A DNA stretch of 64,000 nucleotides from Hypanus sabinus (GCF_030144855.1 NC_082710.1:149730001-149794000), one strand, 5' to 3'. Counted from the first letter of the stretch, positions 1 through 13,844 are shown. The notes: a model not told the origin generated them from the sequence alone. Program-made: numbers and translations.

Positions 1-125
1 TACTATAACATTTTGATCAACTTTATTGTTATATGAAAGTACACAATTTACGTTGAGATGTATCTATGTGTTGCACTCTGTAAATCTTGTTTTTTTTCTT
101 CTGAATAAAAATATTGTAAAAAGAA
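1..125 (+). mobile_element. L1-clade LINE 3' tail
   Basis: Near-identical to 9027-9150, the 3' UTR of the L1 at 8082-9150; ends in AATAAA and an A-rich tail. Confidence 0.75.
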
Positions 126-1785
126 AAAACTGGGTCAGCAAATTTACAGATGATACCAAGATTGGGGATGTAGTGGTTAGCGAGGAAGAATATCAGAGCT
201 TGGAGTGGGATCTGGACCAGACGGGAAAAATGAGATGAGAAATGGCAGATGGAATTTTAATGCAGATGAGTGCAAGCTATTACGCTTCGATAGGACCAAC
301 CAGGGCAGGTCATACAGAGTGAACACATATTTTATCTGCCTCTACTGGAATGCACCGGCAGTGCTTTCCACACACCCACCACTCTCTCTGTGAAAACATA
401 CCCCTGATATCCCCTCTGTACCTATTTCCATGCACCTTAAAACTATGCCCCCTCATGTTAGCCATTTCAGCCCTGGGAAAAAGCCTCTGGCTGTCCACAT
501 GGTTAATGCCTCTCATCATCTTATACACCTCTTATCCTCTGTTGCTCCAAGGAGAAAACACCAAGTTCACTCAACCTATTCTCATAAGGCATGCTCTCCA
601 ATCCAGGCAACATCCTTGTAAATCTCCTCTGTATTCTCTCTACAGTATCCACATCCTTCCTGTAGTAAGGTGACCAAAACTGAGCACAGTACTCCAAGTG
701 GTCTTATATAGCTGTAACATTACCTCATGGCTCTTGAACTCAATCCCACAGTTGATGAAGGCCATCATGCCACATGTCTTCTTAACAACTCTGTCCACCT
801 GCGCAGCAGCTTTGAGTGTCCTTTGGACACGAACCCAAGATCTCTGTGATCTCTTGGCCACACGGCCAAGAGTCTTACCATTAATATTATATTCTGTCAT
901 CAAATTTGACCTATGAAAATGAACCACTTCACCCTTATCTGGGTTGAACTCCAGCTGCCACTTTTCAGCCTAGTTCTGCATCCTATCAATGTCCCGCTGT
1001 GGACTCTGACAACCCCCAGGCCTCGACCACCTCCCAATTTTTAAGTCATCAGCAAACTTACTAACCAACACTTCTACTTCATCATCCAGGACATTTCTAA
1101 AAATCACAAAGAGGAGGGGTCCCAGAACAGCTCCATGCAAAACACCACTGGTCACCATCCTCCATGCAGAATATGAACCATCTACAACCACCCTTGCCTT
1201 CTGTGGGCAAGCCAATTCTGGATCCACAAAGCAATGTCCCCTTGGATCCCATGCCTCCTTACCTTCTGAATAAGTCTTGCATGGGAAACCTTAGCAAATG
1301 CCTTACTGAAATCCATGTACACTACATCCACTGCCTTACCTGCAGGAAAGATGTAAAAGAAGTTGAAGGAGCACAGTACAGGGAAAATTTACAAGGGTGT
1401 TATTGGAACTGGGTGACCTGATCTATAAGCAAAGGTTGAATAGATTAGGACTTTATTCCTTGGAAAGTAGAAGTTGAGGAGTGATTTAATTGAAGTATAT
1501 ATAATTATGAGGGTATAGATACGATAAGTGCAAGCAGGCCTTGAGGTTGGGTGGGACTACAACAAGAAGTCATGGTTTAAGGATGAAAGGTGCAAAAATT
1601 TAAGAGGAACATGACGAAAATGTCCTCACTCAGAGTGCCATGAGAGTGTGGAATGAGCTGCCATCAAAAGTGGTGCAAGTGGATTCAATTTCAATGTTTA
1701 AGAGAAACTTGAATAGGTATATGGATGGCAGAAATATAGATGGTTATGGTTCCGGTGCATGTCAATGGGTCTAGGGAGCTTAAAT
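126..1785. mobile_element. Cluster of CR1 LINE RT/3' fragments (+ 126-330, - ~335-1330, + ~1340-1785)
   Basis: SKFTDDTKIG, VTSGV.GAVLGPLLFVIF..KFADD and MLQLYKT motifs typical of CR1 ORF2. Confidence 0.85.
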
Positions 1786-1789
1786 AGAC

Positions 1790-2165
1790 AGGCAGACATA
1801 CTTTATTGATCCTGAGGGAAATTGGGTTTCGTTACAGTCGCACCAACCAAGAATAGTGTAAAAATACAGCAATATAAAACCATAAATAATTAAATAATAA
1901 TAAGTAAATTATACCAAGTGGAAATTAGACCTGGACCAGCCTATTGGCTCAGGGTGTCTGACACTCCAAGGGAGGAGTTGTAAAGTTTGATGGCCACAGG
2001 CAGGAATGACTTCCTATGATGCTCAGTGTTGCATCTCAGTGGAATGAGTCTCTGGCTGAATGCACTCCTGTGCCTAACCAGTACATTATTGAGTGGATGG
2101 GAGTCATTGTCCAAGATGGCATGCAACTTAGACAGCATCCTCTTTTCAAACACCACCGTCTGAAA
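1790..2165 (-). mobile_element. Rex1/Babar LINE 3' fragment
   Basis: LHAILDNDSHPL...RCNTEHHRKSFLPVAIKLYNSS C-terminus. Confidence 0.75.
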
Positions 2166-2229
2166 GTAGTTTGTCATGGACTAAATAGGCCAAAGAGTCT
2201 GTTTCTGTGTTGTACTTTTCTATGACTCT

Positions 2230-3470
2230 GACTATATCAGCATAAAAGCAAAAGAAAGGGCATATAATATAGTAAGAACTAATGGAAAGTTAGGGGATTG
2301 AGGAGCTTTTAAAAAGCAACAGAGGGCAAATAAAAAAATGCCATAATGAGAAAAGTTGAACTATAAAGGTAAGCTAGCCAATAGTATTAAAAGAGGATAT
2401 AATTTTTCAGATTTATAAAGAGTAAAAGAGAGGAAAGAGTAGGTATTAGTGTGCTGGATAATGACATTGGAGAGGAAGTAATGGGGGACAAAGGAATTGG
2501 GGATGAATTGTATTTTGCATCAGTCTTCACCGTGGAAGACACCAACAGAATGCCAGAAATTTGAGAGTGTTGGAGCAGAAGTGAGTGCCGTTGCTTTTGC
2601 TAACGAGAAGGTGCTTGGGCAGCTGCAAGGTCTGAAAATAGTTAAGTCACCTGGACAAGATGGACTACATACCAGGGTTCTGAAAGAGTTAGCTGAAGAG
2701 ATTGTGGAGGCATTAGTAAGGATAGTTCAAGAATCACTAGATTCTGGAATGATTCCAGAGAACTGGAACATTGCAAATGTCACTCCACTCTTTAAGAAGG
2801 GATGGAGGCAGAAGGAAGAAAATTATAGACCAGTTAGCCTATCTTCAGAGGTTGGGAATATGTTGGAGTCCATTATTATGGACTAGGAGGAACTTGAGGG
2901 CTTGGAGTTGTACTTGGAGAAACATGATAAAACAGGCCAAAGTCAGCAAGGTTTTCTGAAGGGGAAATCTTGCCTGAAAAATCTGTTGGAATTTTTTGAA
3001 GAAATAGCAGGCAGGATAGACAAAGGATAATCAATCGATGTAGTTTATTTGGATTTTCAGAAGGCCTTTGGCAAAGTGTCACACATGAGACTGCTTAACA
3101 AGAGAAGAGCCCCTGGTATTACAGGAAAGATAGAAGATTGGTGGATCGGCAGGAAGCAAAGAGTGGGAATAAATGGGGCTTTTTCTGATTGACTGCTGGT
3201 GATTAGTAGTGTTCCACAGGGGTCAGTTTTGGAATTGTTTCATGTTATATCTCAAAGATTTGCAAGGATGATGAAATTGATGACTTTGTGGCCAAGTTTG
3301 CAGATGATATGGGGATAAGTGGAGGGGCTGATAGTGTTGAAGAAACAGGGAGTCTGCAGGAGGACTGACAGATGGAGAGAATGGGAAAAGGAGTGGAAGA
3401 TGGAATAGAGTGTAGGGAAGTGTATGGTCATGTACATGAAATAAAGGCAGAGACTATTTTCCAGATGCAG
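2230..3470 (+). mobile_element. CR1 LINE RT fragment
   Basis: KSPGQDGLHTRVLKELAEEI..NWNIANVTPLFKKG..ENYRPVSL; frameshifted. Confidence 0.88.
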
Positions 3471-3589
3471 AATCAGAGGGCTGACCGAGGATCATCATAC
3501 ACTGGAGTGGATGATCTGCCAGCAGCACCGGATGTTGGTCTCTGTGTGCATCCCTGGGAACAGCCTGTAGATCAGAGAACCCTCTGTTA

Positions 3590-4810
3590 CGCAGCTGCCG
3601 GGGATGAAGTGGACACAGGACCTTTCTCCATAATTTCTTCACAAATCCACAATGTGTGAAGAGGTGAGCTACTGTCTCTACAAGCATGAGAAGCAGATGC
3701 TGGAAGGGCCTCAGTCTGAAATGTCAACTGTTTATTCTTTTCCACAGATGCTGCCTGGCCTGCTGAGTTCCTCCAGCATTTTGTGTGTGTAGTTACTGTC
3801 TCTTCCCCACTGCAGTCATCATGTGGTCAGTGCATTATGTAGATGATTCTCCGAGCATGCAGGAAGGATCTGACTGGGAGGGCTCTTCTCACCGCCAGCC
3901 AGGCGAGGTCTTGGTGCCTGTAGGTGAGGCCTGGTGATGAGGCATTCTGACAATTGATTTGGACAGTCTGCTCAGGAAACCACCCCACAGCATCCATAGA
4001 TTCTTCTCCTTCAGTGCCTGCAGGATATTCTATGCTTGATGGCCTTGTGGTCAAAGGTATTAGTCTTGAAGAACCTTCCATGGAGGACAGGTAGTGCGTC
4101 ACCATCCTGCTGACTGGGATGTTGTGCAGCAACTGGGCCAAATCCCTCCTTCGCAACACCGGGGACAGGGAGAACGTTGGCACGTAGTGGTACTTGGTGC
4201 CCATGTGTTTAGGTTCCATGTACAGCCTGATGCAGCCACACACAGAGGTGGCCATCAGGATGAGGGAGACATTGGGCATATTTTGCCCCAATTGTCCAGG
4301 GACATGTGCATTGTGATTCAGCTGACCCACTCCATCTTGGACCTCCAGATTAACCTGAAGACAGCTCAGGTGACTCAGAGCTGGAGGAGTGGGGAATGGG
4401 CCACACCTGTGCCAAGTACAGCAGCTCTGAGAGCACCTCTAACTAGGTTCTTCCTAGTTACCGACAGGGATTCCCTCCCTAGAGACACAATTTCTGTTTA
4501 CCTTCCCAGCCTGCTCCAGCCAATTCTTGTTGCATGACTCATCCTTTCCAAACTAGATCCCCAGCAACTTCACATAATCGGACCTGATGGTGAAGGGGAC
4601 ACTGGATCAGTCGGGCCAGTTGATGCAGAGCATCGTCCTGCTCTTTGTGCAGTTAATCCTGGCCCCTGATGCCAACTCAGTCTGGTCACAGATGCTGATC
4701 ACTCTGCAAACTGACCACAGATATGAGCAGAAAACAGTGGCGCAGTTTTCACTTGGGTCCTTCCACTGCCCGGTAGTGTCACATTTCTTATGTTCTCGTC
4801 CTTCCTGAGG
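3590..4810 (-). mobile_element. Tx1-type (L1 clade) LINE ORF2 C-terminal fragment
   Basis: DLAWLAVRRALPVRSFLHARR and ETVAHLFTHCGFVKKLW (zinc-finger region). Confidence 0.7.
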
Positions 4811-5759
4811 CTTTGGAAAAGGGCTTTATACAAGACAGGGGAGCATGGGCAACCATGCACCACCCTATTATTTTGTGCTCATTGATGTATTTATTGTTGT
4901 ATTTATTATGATCACTGTTTACACTTTTAGCTTCGTGCGAGCGAAGAATTTCATTGCTTTCTGGTGTTTTTGACAATAAACGACACTAATTGAATCTAGT
5001 TATTTCACACTCGCACTGACCCATTTTAGCCAGCAGCTGTGACGCCTGCAAGATCCTTCCTCTCATTAGGTGATGGTGGCAATTGAGGTGGAGTTACTGT
5101 TGAACAAATCAACAGATAATTTTAAGCAACCAATTTCAACATGCCTGAACATGCTTTACAGTTTTCATCTCATTGGACTATTTAAGGGTTTTCTTCCCAG
5201 TATAGAGTGCATCGTTAATTGGCCAGTTAAATTCTGTTCTAAATCTTGTTACATTCTAAGTGGGCTGTATGGGATGTCCAGAGAATGGTAGTACTTCTGG
5301 TGTAGGGACCTGTTGTTTCCATTCTGGGGTAGCACACTCACCTTTGGTCCCCATTGGACGTTCAGCTCTCACCTGTAGCTTCAATTAGCTGTTTACATGC
5401 AACAGCGGCCACACCCTGGTATACCACTTCAACAGCTGAACTAAATCAGATGAGGGTGTCTAGTGGTTTCAAACCCCAGTGAGTTAGGGACATGCCTCCC
5501 CAGCATGTGAAGTCAGCTCTGGTGGACTGGGCAAATGAGATCTACAGTGAGATCCAGCATCCAGCAGGGTGGTATTCCAATGCTCCATGGAGAGAGATAG
5601 GCACGACAAAGGACAGAAGGTGTCATAGTCATCCACTGCAATCCAGGAAGACCTCAGTCTCTGACGCTAGTTTGTCCCACTTGACTTGGACTTCAGAGGT
5701 CAAGAGAGTGGTGCTGCCCCAGTGCAATGGCTTTTCCACTTTGAAAACTTTCCCACGCA

Positions 5760-6290
5760 GGTTTCCTGCCATTGTTGGACACGATGGACAACCACCACCC
5801 CAGTCTAAGCAGTGAAGGAGCCTTTGCTTGCTATTACAGTCCACTGGTTCTCAGTATTTAACCCTACACAATGGAGGTATGGTTGTGACAGTGTTATCCA
5901 CATCCTGCACTCCGCTGTCAATCCCTTTCCTTCTGCACAGCACAAAGATAGCAGTTTCCTGGTCCTCACTTCCACCACACCAGCCTCACATTCGACACAT
6001 CATCCTTTACAATTTTCACATTTTACATCACCAGACACACTTCTCTCTTTCTTCTCCCCTTCTTGAACTGCAAAGGGACTGTTCTCATCATGACTCCCTG
6101 CTGCACCCTTCCATCCACACCTACACCCCTCTCTTACTTCACTTTCCCATGCAACTCATCCCTTCCCACCATCCAGAGATCCAAACAGTCTTTCCAAGTG
6201 AAGTAGGGATTCACTTGTACTAATCTGATGCACCACAGTCTGGTCTCCTCTATGCTGGAGAAACCAAACACAGGATGGGTGGCTATTTAG
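5760..6290 (+). mobile_element. Penelope-like element fragment
   Basis: C/T-rich coding remnant resembling the other PLE copies in this window (e.g. tctatgctggagaaacc versus the YIGET region). Confidence 0.55.
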
Positions 6291-6989
6291 TTGCTATTAA
6301 CAACAGATAACATTGGCAAAGAAGTACAATCTGTCTCCAGTGCCCCATTAATGCACTTGGATCCAGTCTCGCCTTATCATGTATATTCCCTTTATTCTGC
6401 CCATTCTTCCACACTTCCCACCCTCCTACATCATTAGAAGGATGTGATTGCTGAAGAGGGTGCAGAGGTGATTCATCAGGAGATGGCTTGCAAAAGTATC
6501 TGGAACTAGAGACCATTGATTCAGGATCAGCGGTGCAAGGTTGTGAGGTCATCTCAGAGGAGGTTCAGAGTGTGGGGTACTTGGGCACAGCCTCAGTCAC
6601 TGACTCCAGACTCCCAGCTGCAGTGTGTGGCGGTGAGGGTGGGAGACCGTTTCTCTATTAACTTTATTCATTGACCCACCTATTCCCTCCTAGGAGGAAA
6701 CATCAGCAGCAGCAGCATCAGTGGCACCATGACTGGCTCTGTTGTACAGCAGGGTTGACTGACAGGTAAATAAGTAGTAGTGATAGGGAAGTGGTCATGA
6801 AGCTATTGGAGAGGATTTTTTGCAATAGGATTTATGAGCATTCAGAAAACCATGGACTAATTAACGACCATCAGTATGGCTTTGTCCAGGGTAGGTCATA
6901 GAACAGAAGCATTTAGAGGGTCCTAGACAGGCACAAGGATGTACAGAGAATGGGAGGATATGGACATGACATAGAACATAGAATATAAA

Positions 6990-7960
6990 ACTCAGAAAAT
7001 AGGTACAGCACTGGACAGGCCCTTTGGCCCACAATGGTCTGGATGACAAATTATACTCAATGTCCTCTTCCTATGTATCATCCATATTCCTCCATTCCCT
7101 TCATATTCACATGTCTGTCCAAAAACCTCTTAAACTCCATCAAGCTGCCTGCTTCCATTACTGTCCCTGGTAACCTACTCCAAGTACCTACCTCTGTGTA
7201 AAAGACTAGACCCTCATATCACTTTTAAAGTTCAACCCAAAAACTTTAAAAGCATGTCCTTTGGCATTTATATTTCTACCCTGGGGTAAAGGTTCTGAAT
7301 GTCTACCCTATCTATGCCCCGCATAATTTTAAAATCCTCTATCAAGTCTCCCTTAGCATCCGACATTCCAGGAAGGACAGCTCAAGTCGTCCAACCTTTC
7401 CTTATAGCTCATAACTCTAATTCAAGTCAGCATCCCAGTAAATGTCTTCTGTACCCTCTCCACAGTTTCCACATCCTTCCTTCAATGGGACGACCAGAAA
7501 CACATGCAATACTCCAAGTGCAGTTTGTTTGAAATTTTATGTAGCTGTATTATGACTTTCTTGCTCTTATACTGGACATCTTACCAATGAAGGAAAACAT
7601 TCTGTACACTGTCTTTACTACTTATCCACTTGTGTGGCCACTTTCAGTGAATTATGGCTGGACTCCAAGATCCCTCTGTATTTTGATACTATTAAGAGGT
7701 CTCCAATTAACTGTATACTATCTCCTTTCATTTGACTTCCCATTGTGTAACATCTCACACTTGCCTGTGATGATCTCCATCTTCCACTTCTCTGGCCATA
7801 TCTGTAAACGGCCTGTATCCCACAGTATTCTTTGATATGCTTTACATTGTTCGCAACTCCACTTATCTTGGCATTATCCACCCATCTACTGTACATTTTC
7901 ATCCAGATTATTGACATATTCCACAAACAACCAAGGCCTCAAATTCTGACATGAGGCTCA
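6990..7960 (-). mobile_element. CR1 LINE 3' fragment
   Basis: VDNAKISGV...LKVATQVDK; atagaacatagaa tail. Confidence 0.8.
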
Positions 7961-8081
7961 GGGCCTGTAATTACCAGAATTACCCTTTTTCCTGTCTTGA
8001 ACAAAGGTAGAGGGATTAGTTTAGTTACAAGTCAAGTTAAGTAAGAAATCTCTAATTTGAAGGTGTCTGTAAATCAGAGAT

Positions 8082-9150
8082 TTCAAATTAGAGATTTCTT
8101 ACATTTCCAATTAACTACTTTTCCTATAGGTCCTGATAAAAATTTACTGGACAATCTTTTAAATTTAAAATCTTTTGTTAATGGTTCTATTGTATCTATA
8201 ACTTGTTGATTGATTCTAGACAAGGCTTATTAGATAAAATAAAAAAAGCTTGGGAGGATGACCTAAATTGTCAGATCTCTGATGAAAGATGGAATAAAAT
8301 TCTTAAACAGGTTAATAAATCATCTTTCTGTGCCCGTCATTCTCTTCTACAATTTAAAGTGGTTCATAGAGCGTACATTTCTAAACAGAAGCTGTCCAGT
8401 TTTTATCCAAACGTTTCTCCACTTTGTAATAAATGCAATTCTGCTGATGCCTCTTTAATTCATATGATTTGGTTTTGCCCTAAAATTGAAAAGTTTTGGC
8501 GGTAAGTATTCCATACCTTCTCACAACTTTTTAGGGTCCAATTTGACCCAAATCCCTTACTGCCTTGTTTGGTATTATTGTAAATGAAGATATAACTTTA
8601 AATACTCCTAACCTACAGGTTTTAGTGTTTACCTCTCTTTTAGCAAGGAGAGCAATCTTGCTTAAATGGAAGGAGTCTACCCCTCCTTCACATCCTCAGT
8701 GGCTACGTGATATTATGTCTTATTTAAATTTAGAGAAGATCCGCTGCTCAGTCTTAAATTCGAAACAATCTTTTTATGATATCTGGGGACCTTTCCTAAA
8801 TTACTTTTCTAATTTATAAAGTTTATCAGTGCACAGACTTTTATGTATATTTCTATCTTCTCTTCTTAAGCGAATATGTTTTATTTTCTAATTATCCATT
8901 ATCATCCATCAGCATTTTTCTCTGGTAGTTAGTAGGGGGTTGACTTTTTTTATATAAAAAATTTCTTGTATGATGTATGACCTATCTTTAAATTTTTGAT
9001 TACTGAGTGGTATACCTTTATGTGTTATGCTATAACATTTTGATCAATTTTATTACAATATATGAATGTACACAATTTACATTGAGATGTATCTGTATTG
9101 CACTCTGCAAATCTTGTTTTTTCTTCTGAATAAAAATATTGTAAAAAGAA
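8082..9150 (+). mobile_element. 5'-truncated L1-clade LINE
   Basis: CARHSLLQFKVVHRAY..CNKCNSADASLIHMIWFCPK and LLARRAILLKWK..WLRDIMSYLNLEKIR..WGPFL; 3' UTR with AATAAA. Confidence 0.85.
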
Positions 9151-10384
9151 AGGAGTAAAGTTACTATTTTTAATTAGTTTGGCACATCTCTCTTCTTGTC
9201 TATGACATTCTGCAAAGTGAATTTAGGAAATTAGCTGAATTGGATAAAAAGGGACCTGTACAGCTGTAATCTCAAGATTATTCCTTGTGCCACTAGCAAG
9301 TTACATACAGTAGGAATAGGAAAGCTTTAATGCCTGGCTAAGGATCTGCTGTAGGAGGGAGGATTTCAGATACATAGCATTGGTGTCTGTCAGGGCAGAT
9401 GGGACCTCTACAAGAAGGATAGGTGGCAGATAAACTGGAGAAGAACGAGTTTTGAAACAGATTTGTTCACACTGCTCAGGAATGTTTATACTGTACTAGT
9501 ATGACTGGAGATGAGGATCAAAACAATAGGTCAGCAAGTAGAGGGATTGAGGGAAAGGGAGGAATTCGATTAGGTAAGTCTAATAGGAAGGACGGGAGGA
9601 GGAGCCAAGTTAATGAACACTGTGGAGTTTACAGTCTGAAGTCTTATTTTTTATTTTAATGCAAGGATTATTACAGGAAAGGCAGATTAATCTAGAATCT
9701 GGAACTACGATGTTGTGGCCATTACAGAAACATGGCTGAGAGACGGGTAGGGCTGGCAGTTCCAGGGTTTAGGTGCTTTAGAGAGTGATGTAAAAAAGAT
9801 GGGGCATTTGCAATATTAATCAGAGATAGTGTCACAGCAGCACCTAGAAAGAACAACCTAAATGGTTAATCTCAGAAACAAGAACGCTGAAACCAGTGCA
9901 ATACTAAAACCTTCCAACAGACAGCAGGAGATAACAGAACAGATGTGTAGACATTTAAAAGACACTTGGTCAGGTACATGGATAGTAAGGTTTAGAAAGG
10001 TATGGGACAAATGTGGGCAAGTGGGACTGGCTTAGATGGGAATCTTTACCGGCATGGATCATTTAGACCAATAGGCCTGTTTCTGAATCATATGATTCTA
10101 TGAACTACGTCCATCTGTTTTGCAGAGAGCAGTGCTGGGGGGAGGGGGCACTGTTGTTTCTGATATATATAAATGATACAGATGGAAATGTAGATAGTGT
10201 TTAATCCAGGCAAATGTAAGATGTTGCATTTTGAGAGATGAAATGCAAAAGACATTAATAGTAAATGGCGGGACCTTTGGAACATTGATATCAGTCCTGA
10301 GATGCAGTCCACAGCTCCCTGAAAGTGGAACAAGTGATAGGGTGATAAAGAAGGTGAGAATCGTAATTTGCTTTTATTAGTTGG

Positions 10385-11850
10385 GACATTAGTTAGGCCT
10401 CAACGACTACTGTCCTGTTGCACTCATATCCATCATCATGAAGTGTTTCAAGAGGCTCATCATGAGGCACATCAAGACCCTGCTACCCCCCTCACTGGAC
10501 CCCCTGCAGTTCGCATATCATCCCAACGGCTCAACAGATGACACCATTGCCACCACCTTCCACCTGGCCCTCACCCACCCGGACAAAAAAGACACATATG
10601 TTTGAATGCTGTTCGTAGATTTCAGTTCAGCATTCAATACAATCATCCCTCAGAAACTGATTGGAAAGCTGAGCCTATTGGGCCTGAACACCTCCCTCTG
10701 CAACTGGATCCTAGACTTCCTGACTGGGAGATCTCAGTCAGTCTGGATCGGGAGCAGCATCTCCAATACCATCACACTGAGCAGGGGGGCTCCCCAGGGT
10801 TGTGTGCTCAGTCCACTGCTGTTCACTCTGCTGACCCATGACTGTTCTGCAACACACAGCTTGAACCATATCATCAAGTTCGCCGATGACACGACCGTGG
10901 TGGGTCTCATCAGCAAGAACGACGAGTCAGCTTACAGAGAGGAGATGCAGCGGCTAACGGACCGGTGCAGAGCCAACAACCTGTCTCTGAAAAACAAAAG
11001 AGATGGTTGTTGACTTCAGGAGATCACAAAGTGACCACTCTCCACTGAACATCGACGGCTCCTCGGTAGAGATCGTTAAGAGCACCAAATTTCTTGGTGT
11101 TCACCTGGCAGAGAATCTCACCTGGTCCCTCAACACCAGATCCATAGCAAAGAAAGCCCAGCAGCATCTCTACTTTCTGCGAAGTCTGAGGAAAGTCCAT
11201 CTCCCACCCCCCATCCTCACAACATTCTACAGAGGATATATCAAGAGCATCCTGCGCAGCTGCATCACTGCCTGGTTCAGAAATTTCACCGTCTCAGATC
11301 GCAAGACCCTTCAGCGGATAGTGAGGTCAGCTGAGAAGATCATCCGGGTCTCTCTTCCCGCTATTACAGATATTTACACCACACACTGCACCCGCACAGC
11401 TAACAGCATTATGAAGGACCCCACGCACCCCTCTCACAAACTCTTCTCCCTCCTGCCATCTGGCAAAAGGTACCGAAGCATTCGGGCTCTCACAACCAGA
11501 CTGTGTAACAGTTTCTTCCCCCAAGCCATCAGACTCCTCAATACTCAGAGTCTAGACTGGCATTGTAATATGTCCTCTACTGTGCCTGTTGTCTTGTTTA
11601 TTAATTATTGTACTGCCCTGCACTGTTTTGTGCACTTTATGTAGTCCTGTGCAGGTCTGTAGTCTTGTGCAGTTTTTATGTTGTTTTACGTAGTCTGGTG
11701 TAGTCTTGTGCTGTCTCACATAGTCTATCGTAGTTTTGTGTTGTTTCATGTAGCACCAGGGTCCTGGAGGAACATTGTTTTGTTTTTATTGTGTACTGTA
11801 CCAGCAGTTTATGGTTGAAATGACAATAAAAGCAACTTGAACTTGAACTT
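10385..11850 (+). mobile_element. Rex1/Babar LINE RT and 3' end
   Basis: [42 protein letters not shown]; (acttga)n tail. Confidence 0.9.
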
Positions 11851-12124
11851 GATTGAGTGTGGAAGTCAGGCTGTCATGCTGCAGCTGTATGGAACTTCGG
11901 TCAGGCCACATTTGGAGAATTGTGTGCAGTTCTGGTTGCCACATTACGAGAAGGATATAGGGCCTGAAGGTGTTTATTAAGATGTTGCCTGGATTTGAAC
12001 AAGATAGCTATAAAGGGAAAATGGACAAACTTGAAATGTTTTCTCTGGAGTCTCAGAGGCTGAGGGGAGACCAGATAGAAGTTTATAGAATCATGAGAGG
12101 TGTAGAGGGGTTAGACAGGAAGCA

Positions 12125-13215
12125 ACACACACACAAAATGCTGGGGGAATTCAGCAGGTCAGGTAGCATGATAAACAGTCGACATTTCAGGCCAAGACCC
12201 TTCTTCAGGACTGAGAGGGAAGGTGGAAGATGTCAGAATAAAAAGGTGGGAGGATGGAGAGGAGGCTAGCTGGAAGATGATGGGTGAAGATTGGTGGGTG
12301 GAAAAGGTGAAGGACTGGAGAAGAAGGAATCTGATAGGAGAGGAGAGAGGACCATAGGAGAAAGGGAAGGAGGAGGGGACCCAGGGGGAAGTGATAGGAA
12401 GGAGAGAAGAGGTAAAAGACCAGAGTGGGGAATAGAGGAAGAGAGGTGGAGAGAATCTTTTTTAACTGGAAGGAGAGATCGATATTCATGCCATCAGATA
12501 GGAGGAATATAAGTTGTTGCTCCTCCACCCTGAGGGTGGTCTCTCCTGGCAAAGGAGGAGGCCATTGACCGACATGTTGGAACGGGAAATAGAATTGGAA
12601 TCAAAATGTTTGGCCACTGGGAAATTCCACCTGACGAAGCAGTCCCCCAATTTATAACATGTCTCACCAATGTAGAGGAGGCCAGATCAGGAGCACCAGA
12701 CACAACGGATGTCCCCCCGCAGATTCACAGGTGAAGTGTTGCCTCACCTGGAAGGACTGTTCAGGGCCTTCAATGGAAGTGAGGGAGGAAGTGATTGGGC
12801 AGGTGTAGCACTTTGTCCGCTTGCAGGGTTCAGTGCCGGGAAAGAGGGATGAATGGAAAAGGGAATCTCATAGGGAGTGATCCCTGCAGAATGCAGGAAG
12901 CAGGTGGAGAGATAAAGGTTAGTTCAGTGATAGGATCCCTTTGGAGATGGCAGAGGTTGTGGACGATGATGTGTTGGATGTGGTGGCTCAAGGGATGGTA
13001 GGTAAGAACAAGGCGAACTCTATCACTGGTAAGGTGGTGGAAAGATGGGGTGAGCACAGATTTTCAGGAAATGCCAAGATGCAGGTGAGCGCAGTATCAA
13101 TAGTGGAGGGATGGAATTCCCATTCTTTGAAGAACAAAGGCATTTCAGGTGTTCTGGAAAGGAAAACCACATCCTGAGAACAGATGCAGTGGAGGCGAAG
13201 GAAATGAGGAAAAGG
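12125..13215 (-). mobile_element. Penelope-like element (GIY-YIG region and 3' end with hammerhead motif)
   Basis: LRVEEQQLIFLLSDGMNIDLS, ctacattggtgagac (YIGET); terminal motif at 12176-12213. Confidence 0.8.
12176..12213 (-). ncRNA. Minimal type I hammerhead ribozyme motif (PLE-associated)
   Basis: CAGUC-CUGAAGA-A-GGG-UCUUGG-CCU-GAAA-UGUC-GACUG: stem I CAGUC/GACUG, CUGANGA and GAAA cores, GUC triplet, loopless stem III. Confidence 0.65.
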
Positions 13216-13800
13216 AAGAGCAGTTTTACAGAGATAGGTTGCGGAGAGGGTTGATAGAGAGTTTTTTTCCCAGAGTGAATTGTAGCAATACTTAAGAGGG
13301 ATTTAGTCAGCTAATGGAGGGATACAAAACATGTGTGGACATATGGGTTCAGTTTAAATTGACATCATGGTCAGTACAGACATGGTAGGTGAAAAGGCCT
13401 TTTCCTGTGCTGTACTGTTCTGCTTTCCCAGTGGAGAGATAGAGAGTCCAAAATCAATAGTCAAAATTTTCAATAGCAAAGATAGGGGACGGTCAGGTAG
13501 AGCAGAGGGAAGGGTAAAGGTTTACCAGACCTGACGAAAAGCCTCAAACCTGATAAATTAACCCATTTTCTCTCTTATTGGTGCTGTCTAACTCACTAAA
13601 CAAAGTGGATCCGTCCTCTCCTTTAACTCAGCGGTGAGAGGGTGAAGTAAAATTATCTGCGTAGACTGTTCAATTCAACGCAGGTCAAAAGCCTCTTCTA
13701 AAAGTTTCTTTTGAAGAAAGCGCCTCTTCTCTGAGCATCTCTTCCTCAGTTAAAGCAAATTCAGTTTGGTGTCGTTCAGAGCAAGTGGGTCTGTATTCCA

Positions 13801-13844
13801 CCTGGAAACAGATGACGAATTAAAAGTTCGGCGTCTGATTGGTT
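13801..13844 (+). promoter_or_regulatory. MHC class II X1-X2-Y promoter module (RFX, CREB/ATF, NF-Y sites)
   Basis: X1 CCTGGAAACAGATG (13801-13814) versus HLA-DRA CCTAGCAACAGATG; overlapping X2 TGACGAA; Y box CTGATTGGTT (13835-13844); X1-to-Y spacing 20 bp; AT-rich ATATCAATAA at about 13862. Confidence 0.88.

Noticed and set aside
13521-13582. Possible second upstream X-Y module (TGACGAA, CTTATTGG)
   Set aside because: X1 matches at most 8 of 14 positions at the required spacing, so it is not supportable.
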